Shown: piece by piece, positions 18,522-27,629 of the stretch | Position numbering within the stretch: position 1 is the first letter of the stretch | How the letters are laid out: each line of letters starts with the position of its first letter | Assembly (NCBI GenBank): GCA_963758525.1 | Contig: CAVWVQ010000003.1 | Span: 4,224,001 to 4,288,000 of the forward strand | Length of the DNA stretch: 64,000 nt | Direction: 5' to 3' | Source of the DNA: an uncultured Phycisphaerales bacterium | GTDB lineage: Bacteria; Planctomycetota; Phycisphaerae; Tepidisphaerales; Tepidisphaeraceae | The notes under the pieces: generated by a model | Told to the model about the DNA's origin: nothing | The model's input: the letters and a program-made list of their open reading frames with translations, nothing else | Database searches by the model: none | Program-made: the position numbers and the translations under genes

Positions 18522-20195
18522 TCAATTCTCCCGCCCCGGGATTGCTTGCCGGTAATTCTGTGCGATCGGCATCCGTCGACCCGACCCGAAGGCGCGGCTG
18601 GTCACCTTGAGTCCCGGCGCCGATTGCCGTCGTTTATACTCGCTGCGATCGATCAGCGTGATAATTTTCAAGACCGTTGCCGGATCGAATCCCTCCGCGA
18701 TGATCTGGGCGGCGCTCTTCTCCTCCTCCACGTACCGATGCAGTATCGCATCGAGCACGTCGTACGAAGGGAGTGAATCCTGATCGACCTGGTTCGGACG
18801 CAACTCGGCCGAGGGCGGCTTGGTGATGCTGTTGCGCGGAATCAACTCGCGGCCCGCCTTTTGATTGACGTATTCTGACAACGCGTAAACGGTCGTCTTC
18901 GGAACGTCGCTGATGACGGCCAGCCCGCCGCACATGTCGCCGTAGAGCGTGCAGTACCCCACCGCCAGCTCGCTTTTGTTGCCGGTCGTGAGCAGCAGGT
19001 GATTGAATTTATTCGAGAAGGCCATGAGGATCGCGCCGCGGACGCGCGCCTGCAGATTCTCCTCGGTCACGTCGCGACCGTGGCCGGCGAATACGGGAGT
19101 CAGCAACTGTTCGTACGCGTCGTGCACGGAACCGATTGGTATCACATGGAACGCAATGCCGAGATTCTTGGCCAGTTCCCGCGCGTCGCCGACCGAGTGC
19201 TCAGAGCTGAATCGGCTGGGCATCGCCACCCCGATCACGCGCTGGGGTCCGAACGCGGCGACGGCGATTGCCGCGGTCAACGCCGAATCAATTCCTCCGG
19301 AAAGCCCGAGCACGACGCTCTTGAAGCCGCATTTTTGCACGTAATCGCGCAGGCCCAGCACCAGTGCCTGATAGATGTCAGCCACGGCATCGCGTTCGCG
19401 CGGCTCGGCCGGGGATTCGCCGCCACCGCATTCGACAACGAGCAGGTCTTCCTCGAACGCCTTGGCCTGCGCGATGACCGCGCCGCCCGCGTCGAAGACC
19501 AGGCTGTTGCCATCAAACACCAGTTCGTCGTTTCCACCCACCTGGTTGACATAGATCAGCGGCCGGTTGAACTGGCGCACTTGCGAGGCGAACAGTTCGA
19601 TGCGAAACGCATGCTTGCCTGCGACGAACGGAGAAGCGCTGGTATTGACCAGGATTTCAGCGCCGGCCTTGCGAAGAGCGGCGATCGGGTTCTGGTGATA
19701 CAGCCGGCGGGCAATCATCTTCTCGTCGTTCCACAGATCCTCGCAGATGGAAAAGCCGACGGGATGGCCGTCAACCATGGCGATGTTTGCCTGCTCGTCT
19801 TCCAGGCCCGGCTCGAAATAGCGGCTCTCGTCAAAGACGTCGTAGGTGGGAAGGAGTTTCTTGAAGTGCCGGCTCACTACCGCGCCGTCGCGCAGCAACG
19901 CCACCGCATTGTGCAAGGGACGACCCACCGGCTGCGCGTTGCGTTCCGCATATCCCACGACCGCGTCGATTCCATGCACGTGCGACGCGATGAGCAAAAG
20001 GGCGCGCAGATTGTCATCAATAAATTGCGGTTTAAGCAGCAGATCCTTCGGCGGATACCCAATCAGCGCAAGCTCCGGAAAGACGATCAGCTTCGCGCCT
20101 GCCGTCTTCGCGCGCTCGACAAACTCGAGAATTCGCCGGCAATTTCCGGCGATATCGCCGACAGTTGGATTAATCTGGCCCAGCGCGATCCGCAT
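18522..20195 (-). CDS. nadE: Glutamine-dependent NAD+ synthetase
   Basis: Nitrilase domain (FPEL, K, ICEDLW) plus GLSGGIDS, ENLQARVRG, TGNKSELAVGYCTLYGD, PSAELRP. Confidence 0.95.
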   Translation of the reverse strand: MRIALGQINPTVGDIAGNCRRILEFVERAKTAGAKLIVFPELALIGYPPKDLLLKPQFIDDNLRALLLIASHVHGIDAVVGYAERNAQPVGRPLHNAVALLRDGAVVSRHFKKLLPTYDVFDESRYFEPGLEDEQANIAMVDGHPVGFSICEDLWNDEKMIARRLYHQNPIAALRKAGAEILVNTSASPFVAGKHAFRIELFASQVRQFNRPLIYVNQVGGNDELVFDGNSLVFDAGGAVIAQAKAFEEDLLVVECGGGESPAEPRERDAVADIYQALVLGLRDYVQKCGFKSVVLGLSGGIDSALTAAIAVAAFGPQRVIGVAMPSRFSSEHSVGDARELAKNLGIAFHVIPIGSVHDAYEQLLTPVFAGHGRDVTEENLQARVRGAILMAFSNKFNHLLLTTGNKSELAVGYCTLYGDMCGGLAVISDVPKTTVYALSEYVNQKAGRELIPRNSITKPPSAELRPNQVDQDSLPSYDVLDAILHRYVEEEKSAAQIIAEGFDPATVLKIITLIDRSEYKRRQSAPGLKVTSRAFGSGRRMPIAQNYRQAIPGREN

Positions 20196-20307
20196 GTCCG
20201 CAATTCTACAGGCCAGCACTCAGAGTGGGGAGGGAGCCAGTGGCCAGCGGGCCAGGGCGCTGATGCCGTCGTCTTCCATATTTCCAGCCCGTTGTTAACC
20301 TGCTCTC

Positions 20308-20546
20308 GTGAAGTTCACGCGGTATTATCACGAAATGCGCAAGCGTCCGGACCGCGTGTTCATCCGTCGGGAATGGGTTCTCAGCAGGCCGTCGATCATC
20401 CAATTCGCCAAGTCACCCAGCAGGATTGGCGCGTGCGGCGCTGGGCCGCAATCGACGCTATGCGCGGCCAGTATCTCCGAGTGGTTCTGCTACCGGATGG
20501 CCAGACCGTGCATAATGCGTTTTTCAATCGCTCCTTTAAGCCGTGA
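20308..20546 (+). CDS. Small putative RNase toxin (DUF4258/BrnT-like); frameshift near 20380
   Basis: MKFTRYYHEMRKRPDR..EW joined to QQAVDHP...RVRRWAAI...YLRVVLLPDGQTVHNAFFNRSFKP; precedes DUF2283 gene. Confidence 0.65.
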
Positions 20547-20553
20547 GGACAAC

Positions 20554-20751
20554 ATGAAAATTAAATATTTCCAGGACACCGATACCCTGTACATCGAGTT
20601 CAAAGCCTCGGCCGTGGCCGAGACGCGCGATTTGGACGAGAACACGCTGCTGGATCTGGACGCGGACGGGAACATTACCGGCATGACGATCGAACACGCC
20701 AGCACGCGCACGGACGTTCCCACGTTCTCATACGAACAAGTTGCGGCATGA
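20554..20751 (+). CDS. DUF2283-family protein (putative antitoxin)
   Basis: MKIKYFQDTDTLYIEF...LLDLDADGNITGMTIEHAS; GAGGA RBS. Confidence 0.85.
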   Translation: MKIKYFQDTDTLYIEFKASAVAETRDLDENTLLDLDADGNITGMTIEHASTRTDVPTFSYEQVAA

Positions 20752-20791
20752 CCGCGCAAAACAGAAACGGGACGTGGCTTCGAAGACACTA

Positions 20792-21059
20792 GGCTCTGTC
20801 TGAAAACCCTAAGTCCTCACGACGGCTCAGAATGGCTTTGGCCGCTAGGCGCCCTGGCGACATCAGGGTCCGTAGACCCTTTGAGCCGGGGCAACGACGC
20901 GGACGAAGTCATTCTGAGCCGCCTCCGGTGGGCCGGATTCGATCCGCCTGCTTCGTTGCCGCCCCTTGATGGCTCTACGGAGCCGGACTGCGGGGCGATC
21001 GCCTCGCAGTCGAATCGAATCCGGCCCATCGTGAGGGCTTAGGGTTTTCAGACAGAGCC
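20792..21059. mobile_element. MITE (about 268 bp) with 31-bp terminal inverted repeats at a CTAG/TA site
   Basis: GGCTCTGTCTGAAAACCCTAAG(T/C)CCTCACGA at both ends with 1 mismatch; CTAG on both flanks; no transposase. Confidence 0.88.
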
Positions 21060-21190
21060 TAGGCCTTTGCCGCGGGAAATGGCCGCGGAACGGGACCGCG
21101 CAAAGCGGGGTCGTCGAGAGGAAATGACAGCGGAGGCGTCGGCGGGGCCGGGAGCGCGGGTTCACGGAATCAATCGTGGAGCAAATTAGG

Positions 21191-22675
21191 TCACTTTTTC
21201 AACATCCGGGGCGCGCGAGCGTTGTTCGCACTTCGCACGGCAGGGGCAGGCCGCTTGCGATTCACCGGCTCGTGCCGTTGCAGGACCCAGGGGAAGGTGG
21301 CGTGGTGCATTCGATAGAGCATTCCCAGTTCAAAGCAGAAGAAGTGCATGAGGATCAGCCCGGCGCAGAATAGCGGGTAGCCGAAGGTGGCGCGATCGAG
21401 CCAGGTGTTTGTGGGTTGCCAATTGTCGTCGATCAATCGGAGCACGCCCATCGCGATCATCGTTTGGCCCAGAGCATATGCCGCCAGCGCGAGCATCCAG
21501 GCCAGCAGGGGCGCGGTGTATCGCCCGCCGCAAAGGTGAATTGTCTTGAGCAGCCGGTCCGGTCGGAGATTGATGACCGATCCGCTGGTCAGCAGCGTCA
21601 GGAGCACGCCGGGCAGCAGAAAGGTGCCGGGCACGGCCAGTACCGCCGCGAGCGCGACCCGGACCGGTGTCCGCGCGTCGATGGCAACACAAATCCCCGC
21701 GGGAACAAAGCAGGCGATCGACGCCAGCACCACCGCGAACAGCGGAACGACGACCTGGCTGGCCCAGTCAATGTTGGATCGCCCCTCGCCAAAGGCCGAA
21801 ATCATGATCAGACAGACGCCGACGATCCAGGCGAGAACCAGCAGGACATCGCATGTGGTCAGAAATGCCGAGCGAGACAAGAACGCCGCCAACAGGCAGA
21901 CGAACGAGGGTGTGTAACAAATGAGAATCCCCAGAACCATGCCGCGCAACGGCGACCAGATGTCTTCGTGCCATTGGAGATCGCGAAGCAGCCGGGGCAG
22001 TTCGTCGCGCCCTTCGACTCCCGATTCTTCGATGACGTTGCCATAGTGGGCAATGATCAGCACCTGAGCAATGAATGTGCCGATCGTGACGATGATGATT
22101 CCGGTCGGGATCGAGAAGACGCATGCCATGAAGGCGAACAACTGGACGCCAAGGACCATGATCATGACGGCGATATTCACCGGCATCGAGAGAAGACTGA
22201 CCGTTCCGAGCCACGAGTCGTACGCCGCGGCGGCGACCGTTCGGTATGTCACCGCCGGCTGGGCAAAAGGAATCGGTGCGTCGACAGGCAGATTTCTGAC
22301 CGGCTCGTTCAGCTCGATGGGGCGGATCAGCTCCCCGGTCTCGGGGTCGTAGCGCGGCGCGGCGGGCTTCGTCGGAACCGGCGCGCCAACCGAGGCGAGC
22401 TCCTCGGCAGTGCGACGCAGATCGAGCCTTGGCCGGTCTTCGGCCTTTTGCTCGCTGCCGAACGTTTCCGCCAGTTCCAGAAGTCCTCGGCCCCGCTGCG
22501 GCGGCTCGTCCGGGCGTTCCTCGAGATTGTACGTCCCATCCTCGCTGAGGGTGTGCAACTCGCCGACGAGCGGAACGTCAGTGAGAAGTCCGCATGCCGG
22601 GCATTGCACGGAGCTGCCGCCCTCTTCGTCGGGAAGACGAAACAGATTTCCGCATCGGCAGGGGAATTCGATCAT
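21191..22675 (-). CDS. Multi-pass membrane protein with N-terminal zinc ribbon
   Basis: MIEFPCRCG...VQCPACG, then many hydrophobic segments. Confidence 0.8.
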   Translation of the reverse strand: MIEFPCRCGNLFRLPDEEGGSSVQCPACGLLTDVPLVGELHTLSEDGTYNLEERPDEPPQRGRGLLELAETFGSEQKAEDRPRLDLRRTAEELASVGAPVPTKPAAPRYDPETGELIRPIELNEPVRNLPVDAPIPFAQPAVTYRTVAAAAYDSWLGTVSLLSMPVNIAVMIMVLGVQLFAFMACVFSIPTGIIIVTIGTFIAQVLIIAHYGNVIEESGVEGRDELPRLLRDLQWHEDIWSPLRGMVLGILICYTPSFVCLLAAFLSRSAFLTTCDVLLVLAWIVGVCLIMISAFGEGRSNIDWASQVVVPLFAVVLASIACFVPAGICVAIDARTPVRVALAAVLAVPGTFLLPGVLLTLLTSGSVINLRPDRLLKTIHLCGGRYTAPLLAWMLALAAYALGQTMIAMGVLRLIDDNWQPTNTWLDRATFGYPLFCAGLILMHFFCFELGMLYRMHHATFPWVLQRHEPVNRKRPAPAVRSANNARAPRMLKK

Positions 22676-22891
22676 GGTGCAGGCGCGGTCCGCCTGACTA
22701 AATTGTACGCTCCGCGCCGGGCAACTAAATGATTTACGTGATTACACGCTCCCCACGTTCATTTGGCGGGCCCGAAGCTGGCGCAAACTCGCGCACGTGT
22801 GCGTACTCGCGCGCGTTCATTTAGAATGTTGCCGCCGTCCTCGGTTCTCTTTGCGGACGGCGCCGCGACGTTGAAGGGAAAGGATCACACG

Positions 22892-23332
22892 ATGCGACTG
22901 CTTGCCGGCGTTCTAGCGGGGATTTTGATGTTGAGCGGCTTCACTGATGCCGCGGACACTCCCTCGCCCGACCAGTTGAAGAAAATGTACGACGATGCCC
23001 TGGTGCAACTGAAGAGCGCGCAGGATCGCAAAAACGAGCTCGCCAAGGAGAATGAAGACCTCAAGGCCAAGGCAGAGGAGCTTGGCAAGGATCTTGCCAC
23101 CGCGCAAGCGCAAATGCAGGACCTGAAGCGCGAGGTGGCGGACAATGCCGAAAAGGACTTCTATTTGCGCGCCTATCACACCGCGTGGGAAAACTTCCTG
23201 CGCCGAAACCCCGAGCTTCTGGCGAAATGGAAATTATTTATCCAGAGTGACATCGCCGCCGCGTCGCAAAAGATGCCGGAGATTCTCGATCCAAGCTGGC
23301 CGCAGGAACAGGGGACGGAGTGGTCGGATTGA
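22892..23332 (+). CDS. Hypothetical exported coiled-coil protein
   Basis: Signal-peptide-like MRLLAGVLAGILMLSGFTDA, heptad-rich middle; AAGGA RBS. Confidence 0.75.
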   Translation: MRLLAGVLAGILMLSGFTDAADTPSPDQLKKMYDDALVQLKSAQDRKNELAKENEDLKAKAEELGKDLATAQAQMQDLKREVADNAEKDFYLRAYHTAWENFLRRNPELLAKWKLFIQSDIAAASQKMPEILDPSWPQEQGTEWSD

Positions 23333-23342
23333 CGGAGAGGGC

Positions 23343-23589
23343 GGGAAACCCGATGAGGAAACCCGAATGACGAAACCAGAAACCAGAATCAAGCCCGAAT
23401 GGCGAAATCCGAATGTCGAAACAAATGCAATCTCCCGGCAGTTGCGCTGATGCCGAGCGAGGCGATCGATGCGGTTCCACGCTCGCGGCGCGGGGACGCG
23501 CGCGGAGCGTCCGCTCTCAGTTCACAGTGAAGGCATTCGTCATTCGGGCTTGATTCTGGTTTCTGGTTTCGTCATTCGGGTTTCTCCCC
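23343..23589. repeat. Short-tandem-repeat hairpin, GAATGAC/GTCATTC family
   Basis: GAAACCCGAATGACGAAACCAGAAACCAGAATC arm and its reverse complement; related copies at 43093, 49541, 56304. Confidence 0.88.
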
Positions 23590-23591
23590 GA

Positions 23592-24410
23592 CTATCCCTG
23601 CCCGACTTCAATCCGCACATACTTGTCCATCGTCGCGCCCTTGGATTTGAGGTATTCGCCGACGCTTCCCTTGAACTTGTCGGGATTGATGAAGGGCTGA
23701 TCGAGCAGAACGCGTTCTTCGTAGAATGTCCGCATCTTTCCCTCGGCGATCTTTTCGGCAATCGCCTGGGGCTTGCCGGTGGCTTTGGCTTGCTCGATGG
23801 CAATCTGCCGTTCCTTTGCCACAACCTCAGCGGGGAGGCCTTCGCGATTGAGCGACAATGCCAGCGGCTTGGCCGCGGTGATGTGAATGGCCAAATCGCG
23901 GATCAGCTCATCGGGCGTGTTGGACGACACGGAAACGAGCACGCCAATCTTACCGGTGATGGCGTAGAGATAATGGCCGACCTTCCCTTCGGGATTGCTT
24001 ACGACCGCATTCTTGCCCAGCCGGACGTTCTCGCCGGTCTGTCGGGCAACGTCCGAGATATCAGCGACCAGCGCGGATTCCGAGGCAAGATCGACATGCG
24101 GATTGCTGAGCAACAGCGCAGCGGCCTTGGTTCCCAGGGCCAGCACCGGCTCGCTCTTGGCGGTGAAATCGGTGTTGGTGTTGATCTCCACCATCGCCGC
24201 GGATTTGCCGTCGGCAGCGGCGGCAATCACAACGCGCCCTTCGCTGGCGGCACGCGAAAGGATGCTCTCCTTCACCCCTTTTTTGCGGAACGCGTCCATC
24301 GCCTTTTCAATATCGCCGGCCACCTCCGTCAGCATCTTCTTGCATTCCATCATGCCTTGCCCGGTTTTGGCACGCAGCTCGTTGACCAATTTTGCAGTAA
24401 TCTCCGCCAT
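23592..24410 (-). CDS. tsf: Translation elongation factor Ts
   Basis: LRAKTGQGMMECKK, RAASEG, EINTNTDF, GENVRL, LLDQPFI; downstream of rpsB. Confidence 0.96.
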   Translation of the reverse strand: MAEITAKLVNELRAKTGQGMMECKKMLTEVAGDIEKAMDAFRKKGVKESILSRAASEGRVVIAAAADGKSAAMVEINTNTDFTAKSEPVLALGTKAAALLLSNPHVDLASESALVADISDVARQTGENVRLGKNAVVSNPEGKVGHYLYAITGKIGVLVSVSSNTPDELIRDLAIHITAAKPLALSLNREGLPAEVVAKERQIAIEQAKATGKPQAIAEKIAEGKMRTFYEERVLLDQPFINPDKFKGSVGEYLKSKGATMDKYVRIEVGQG

Positions 24411-24434
24411 GGGAACTCCAATAGGGGAAGGGGT

Positions 24435-24564
24435 GAGGGTTCAGGGTGTCAGGGTTCAGGGGTCAGGAAAGGAACGAACACGCGAACTACTCGCTGCGCT
24501 GCCGGGAACCGAAAGCAACTGCGTTGCTCTTCCTGAACCCTGAACCCTGACACCCTGAACCCTC
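24435..24564. repeat. Short-tandem-repeat hairpin, heptamer (CAGGGTT)n/(AACCCTG)n family, between rpsB and tsf
   Basis: Arms nearly identical to 60835-60920. Confidence 0.9.
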
Positions 24565-24566
24565 CA

Positions 24567-25426
24567 CTATGCCGTTACAGGCTCGGTCACCGGCACATCA
24601 GTAGTGACAGTGGTGTGGGCGGGCTCCTCGGGGGAAGGCTCTTCGCCTTCCTTTGCCTCGTCGGCGCGGAAAGCGGCTCGCGAGGAGCGCTGCGCGGCGC
24701 GGGGCCGGCGCCGGGTTCATCCGCCTTGTCGATCCGGCCGGTCTTGCCTTCGATGATGCTGTCGGCCAACTCGCGGCAGATGATCTCGACGGCTCGCATC
24801 GCGTCGTCGTTGGCGGGGATCGGCAAGTCGATCAGCTCCGGATCGCTGTCGGTGTCGATCATCGCGATGGTCGGCACCCCCAGCTTGCGCGCTTCCTTCA
24901 CCGCAATGTGCTCGCGCCGCGTGTCAATGATGAACATCACGCCAGGCATCCGCTCCATCTTGCGGATCCCTTCCAGGTTGGCCTTGATCTTATCCATTTC
25001 ACGCTGAAGCGTGGCCTTCATCTTTTTGGAGTATGAATCGATCTGCCCAGTCGCCCAGAGCTTTTCCAGCTCTTCGAGACGATTGAGCCGGGCGCGGATG
25101 GTGCGGAAGTTGGTGAGCGTTCCGCCGAGCCAGCGCTCGTTCACGTAGTGCATCCCGCAGCGCTTGGCTTCCTCTTCCACGGCATGACGTGCCTGGCGCT
25201 TGGTTCCGACAAACAGAACGTCCTTGCCGCCGGCTACGGTGTTCTGCACAAGCTTTTTGGCGCGAAGCAGACCTTTGATGGTCTCGCGCACGTCGATGAT
25301 ATGAATCATGTTCCGCTTGCCGCGGATGTACGGTTCCATCTTCGGGTTCCAGCGGGAAACCCGGTGACCAAAATGCACGCCCGCGTCTACCAGTGATTTG
25401 ACAAGCTCTGCCTGCGACTCAGCCAT
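24567..25426 (-). CDS. rpsB: 30S ribosomal protein S2 (C-terminal tail probably frameshifted near 24692)
   Basis: AGVHFGH, WNPKM, LFVGTKRQA, RWLGGTLTNF, DTDSDP, IPANDDA; alternative frame gives tail RSSRAAFRADE... to TAG at 24567. Confidence 0.95.
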
Positions 25427-25582
25427 AAATCATCGAACTTCGACTTTCGTTCCGCGATCGGCGATTGAATCCCACCGGAGGGATAGCCGGTGGAGCTCAA
25501 TCGCTCATCGCAGCCTCAAATCGTCATTCCCTTTTTTTCAGCCAGTGCGCCACCAGCGGCCAGGTCGCCGATTTCGCCATAA

Positions 25583-25725
25583 GGCTTGGGTTCACAAAGA
25601 AGTTGTAAATCAACGCCCGCGTCCAGCCTCTCCTCCAAGTGAAGCCAACCCGTTCGGGCAACGATCAGGTTGCCGAGCGAGTCTTCACCGAGCGCCGGTG
25701 CGGGTGGCCCCTGGCAGGCCAAGCC
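25583..25725 (-). promoter_or_regulatory. Putative structured rpsB leader RNA (S2 autoregulatory element-like)
   Basis: Long imperfect hairpin closed by GGCTTGG/CCAAGCC with internal GGGTT and AACCC; TAGATT just upstream on minus strand. Confidence 0.55.
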
Positions 25726-25790
25726 CGGTAATCTAACTGACGCCATTTTCCTTTGCAACTGTAGTTACTTATCATCCTTCTTTCGTTCCC

Positions 25791-26927
25791 ATGGCCAAAT
25801 CCCATCCGCAGCTCGACGTGATGGTGCTTGGCGAGCACCCTTGCACTTACTTTGCCGCGATTCTTCTCGCCGCCAGCGCGAAAGTCCGCGCCGCACATTG
25901 CTGTATCCCGGCAAATGCTGACCCGGATCGGCTCGTCCTGATCAATCCCGCGCTTTTCGACTTGCATCCGCTCCTGGCGCCGCTTCGTCGAAAGCTTGAA
26001 ATGACCGCCGTGTACGGCCTGCAGTTTGTTGGAGATGACCCTTCCGTCAGCAGCGAATTTCGCAATAAAGCAGCCCTGTCGTACGTGGCGTCGTACAAAT
26101 CCGTGCGCGCCGCAATGAGCAAGCTCGCGTCGGATCAAGGCGTCCAACTGTTGACGCCCAAAGCTGTGCAGATTCATCGCGCCGATGAGCGTGGCGTGGA
26201 AATGACTGTTGGCAAAGACGCAATGCATCCGCGCTCGCTGATTTTGGGAACGGGTCTGCCGGGCCCTCAGCGGAAGCTGCTGGGACTCCCCGACGGCTGG
26301 GGAGCGGATGTCGTGCATCGTTACACCTATTTGAAGCTCCCGGCCGGTCGATGGGCCGATCCTGGCTCGCGCCCGATCATTCCCATGTCGCTCAACCTGC
26401 GCAACGCGCTGTGCTGGGGCTGGCTGCTTCCCGGTCCGAAAGGGATTCAATTGGCCGTTGAGCAGCCGATCGAAACGATTGGCAAAATGCCGCCAAAAGA
26501 GCTGCTGGGTCATTGGGCTGATGTCTTGCGGTCGCACAACGTGTTGTCCCCGAAAGCGGAGCTGCCGATCGACTCTGCCGAATGGATTGACCTTCCGCTG
26601 GCCGGCGCCCTGGAGCATGAGGGGGTGGCGAATCGAACCCTGCTGATCGGGCCGGAAGGGGGGTTCTACTCCGCCTGCTGCGAGGACATCTATCCCAACT
26701 GCTGGTCGGCCGTCTTCGCGATCGACGCAATCAAAAAAGCGCTGCGGGAACCTCACCTCCAGGACGCCCTGCAGCCTTTCAGCCAAAAGTGGCGCACCAC
26801 CCTCGGCGAATACCTTCGCGGGCCTCAGCAAAACCTTCGCTTCCTGCTCCCGCTGGTCTACCGGAACCAACGAATGACAACCCGGCTCACCGAGTCGATC
26901 CTCCAAGGCAAAAGTGTGATCCGATAA
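25791..26927 (+). CDS. Divergent geranylgeranyl-reductase-like FAD-oxidoreductase-fold protein with degenerate motifs
   Basis: DVMVLGEHPC in place of GxGxxG, WGWLLP, LLIGPEGGF...EDIY in place of GDAAG...EGI. Confidence 0.7.
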   Translation: MAKSHPQLDVMVLGEHPCTYFAAILLAASAKVRAAHCCIPANADPDRLVLINPALFDLHPLLAPLRRKLEMTAVYGLQFVGDDPSVSSEFRNKAALSYVASYKSVRAAMSKLASDQGVQLLTPKAVQIHRADERGVEMTVGKDAMHPRSLILGTGLPGPQRKLLGLPDGWGADVVHRYTYLKLPAGRWADPGSRPIIPMSLNLRNALCWGWLLPGPKGIQLAVEQPIETIGKMPPKELLGHWADVLRSHNVLSPKAELPIDSAEWIDLPLAGALEHEGVANRTLLIGPEGGFYSACCEDIYPNCWSAVFAIDAIKKALREPHLQDALQPFSQKWRTTLGEYLRGPQQNLRFLLPLVYRNQRMTTRLTESILQGKSVIR

Positions 26928-27131
26928 CCGTCCGGTCTGATAATACCAGTCCTGTAACAGGTACCGGATGTGCTGGTTGCGTAGTCTGGGTAGTCTGGAT
27001 AGCATGGGGTAGATCATTCGCGCAGTTATCGGACGGGAAATGTGAATAATTCTGCGCGTGGGCTTTCTGGTAAATCGTTAAGTATCATAATTACATGACT
27101 TTAGATATCGTTTTCGATGCCCTGCGAACGC

Positions 27132-27160
27132 TGAAGTAAACGCAAAGTTCGCGTCGATAC
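27132..27160 (+). promoter_or_regulatory. Putative sigma28-type promoter of flgM
   Basis: TGAAG-N16-GTCGATAC. Confidence 0.5.
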
Positions 27161-27264
27161 GAAGAGCATCGACTGAAGCCAGAGGTCGAGCGGCGCGGTG
27201 ATGGAATCGCCGGCCGAAGTGAGTCGCCGGGATGGCATCCTGGCAACCTTCCGTGGGAGAGTCC

Positions 27265-27543
27265 ATGAACCCTGTGAACAGTCTCGGTCAGAACACGCCG
27301 GTCCAGAAGATCGTCACGAATCCGATTTCGAAGTCGATCCCCGCCGATGCGCCCAAGCAGTTGCCCGCCACCGACAAGCTCGAGCTTTCGGGCGTCAGCC
27401 ATCTGCTCAGCCGGCTGAAAAGCAACGACATCCGTACGGACAAGGTCGCCGCCGTCAAATCTCAAATTGAATCCGGGACGTACGAAGACGACGCGAAGCT
27501 CGATGCCGCCACCGATCGGCTGCTCGACGATCTGCTGAAGTAA
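27265..27543 (+). CDS. flgM: Anti-sigma28 factor FlgM
   Basis: DKLELS...DIRTDKVAAVKSQIESGTY...ATDRLL; GGGAGA RBS. Confidence 0.88.
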   Translation: MNPVNSLGQNTPVQKIVTNPISKSIPADAPKQLPATDKLELSGVSHLLSRLKSNDIRTDKVAAVKSQIESGTYEDDAKLDAATDRLLDDLLK

Positions 27544-27600
27544 ACCGGGGCTGGACCGCGAAATCGTCCCTCTTCCTGCAATCGCGTCGATCAGCAAATC

Positions 27601-27629
27601 GAAGCCGCGGATGTACATCCGCGGCTACG
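27601..27629. repeat. REP-like palindrome AGCCGCGGATGTACATCCGCGGCT
   Basis: Further copies near 5538-5563 and 47305-47329. Confidence 0.75.

Noticed and set aside
25583..25725. 6S or SRP RNA
   Set aside because: No SRP domain IV motif and no 6S-like symmetric central bubble; position fits an rpsB leader better.
26978..27010. GTAGTCTGG short tandem repeat as a regulatory site for flgM
   Set aside because: Only two to three degenerate units and no second instance to support a function.
17151..27017. Long antisense or alternative-frame ORFs (e.g. 17151-18494, 18999-20546, 21416-22732, 25665-27017)
   Set aside because: They shadow well-supported genes, as expected from high-GC codon bias; only the tail of 18999-20546 is real (toxin C-terminus).
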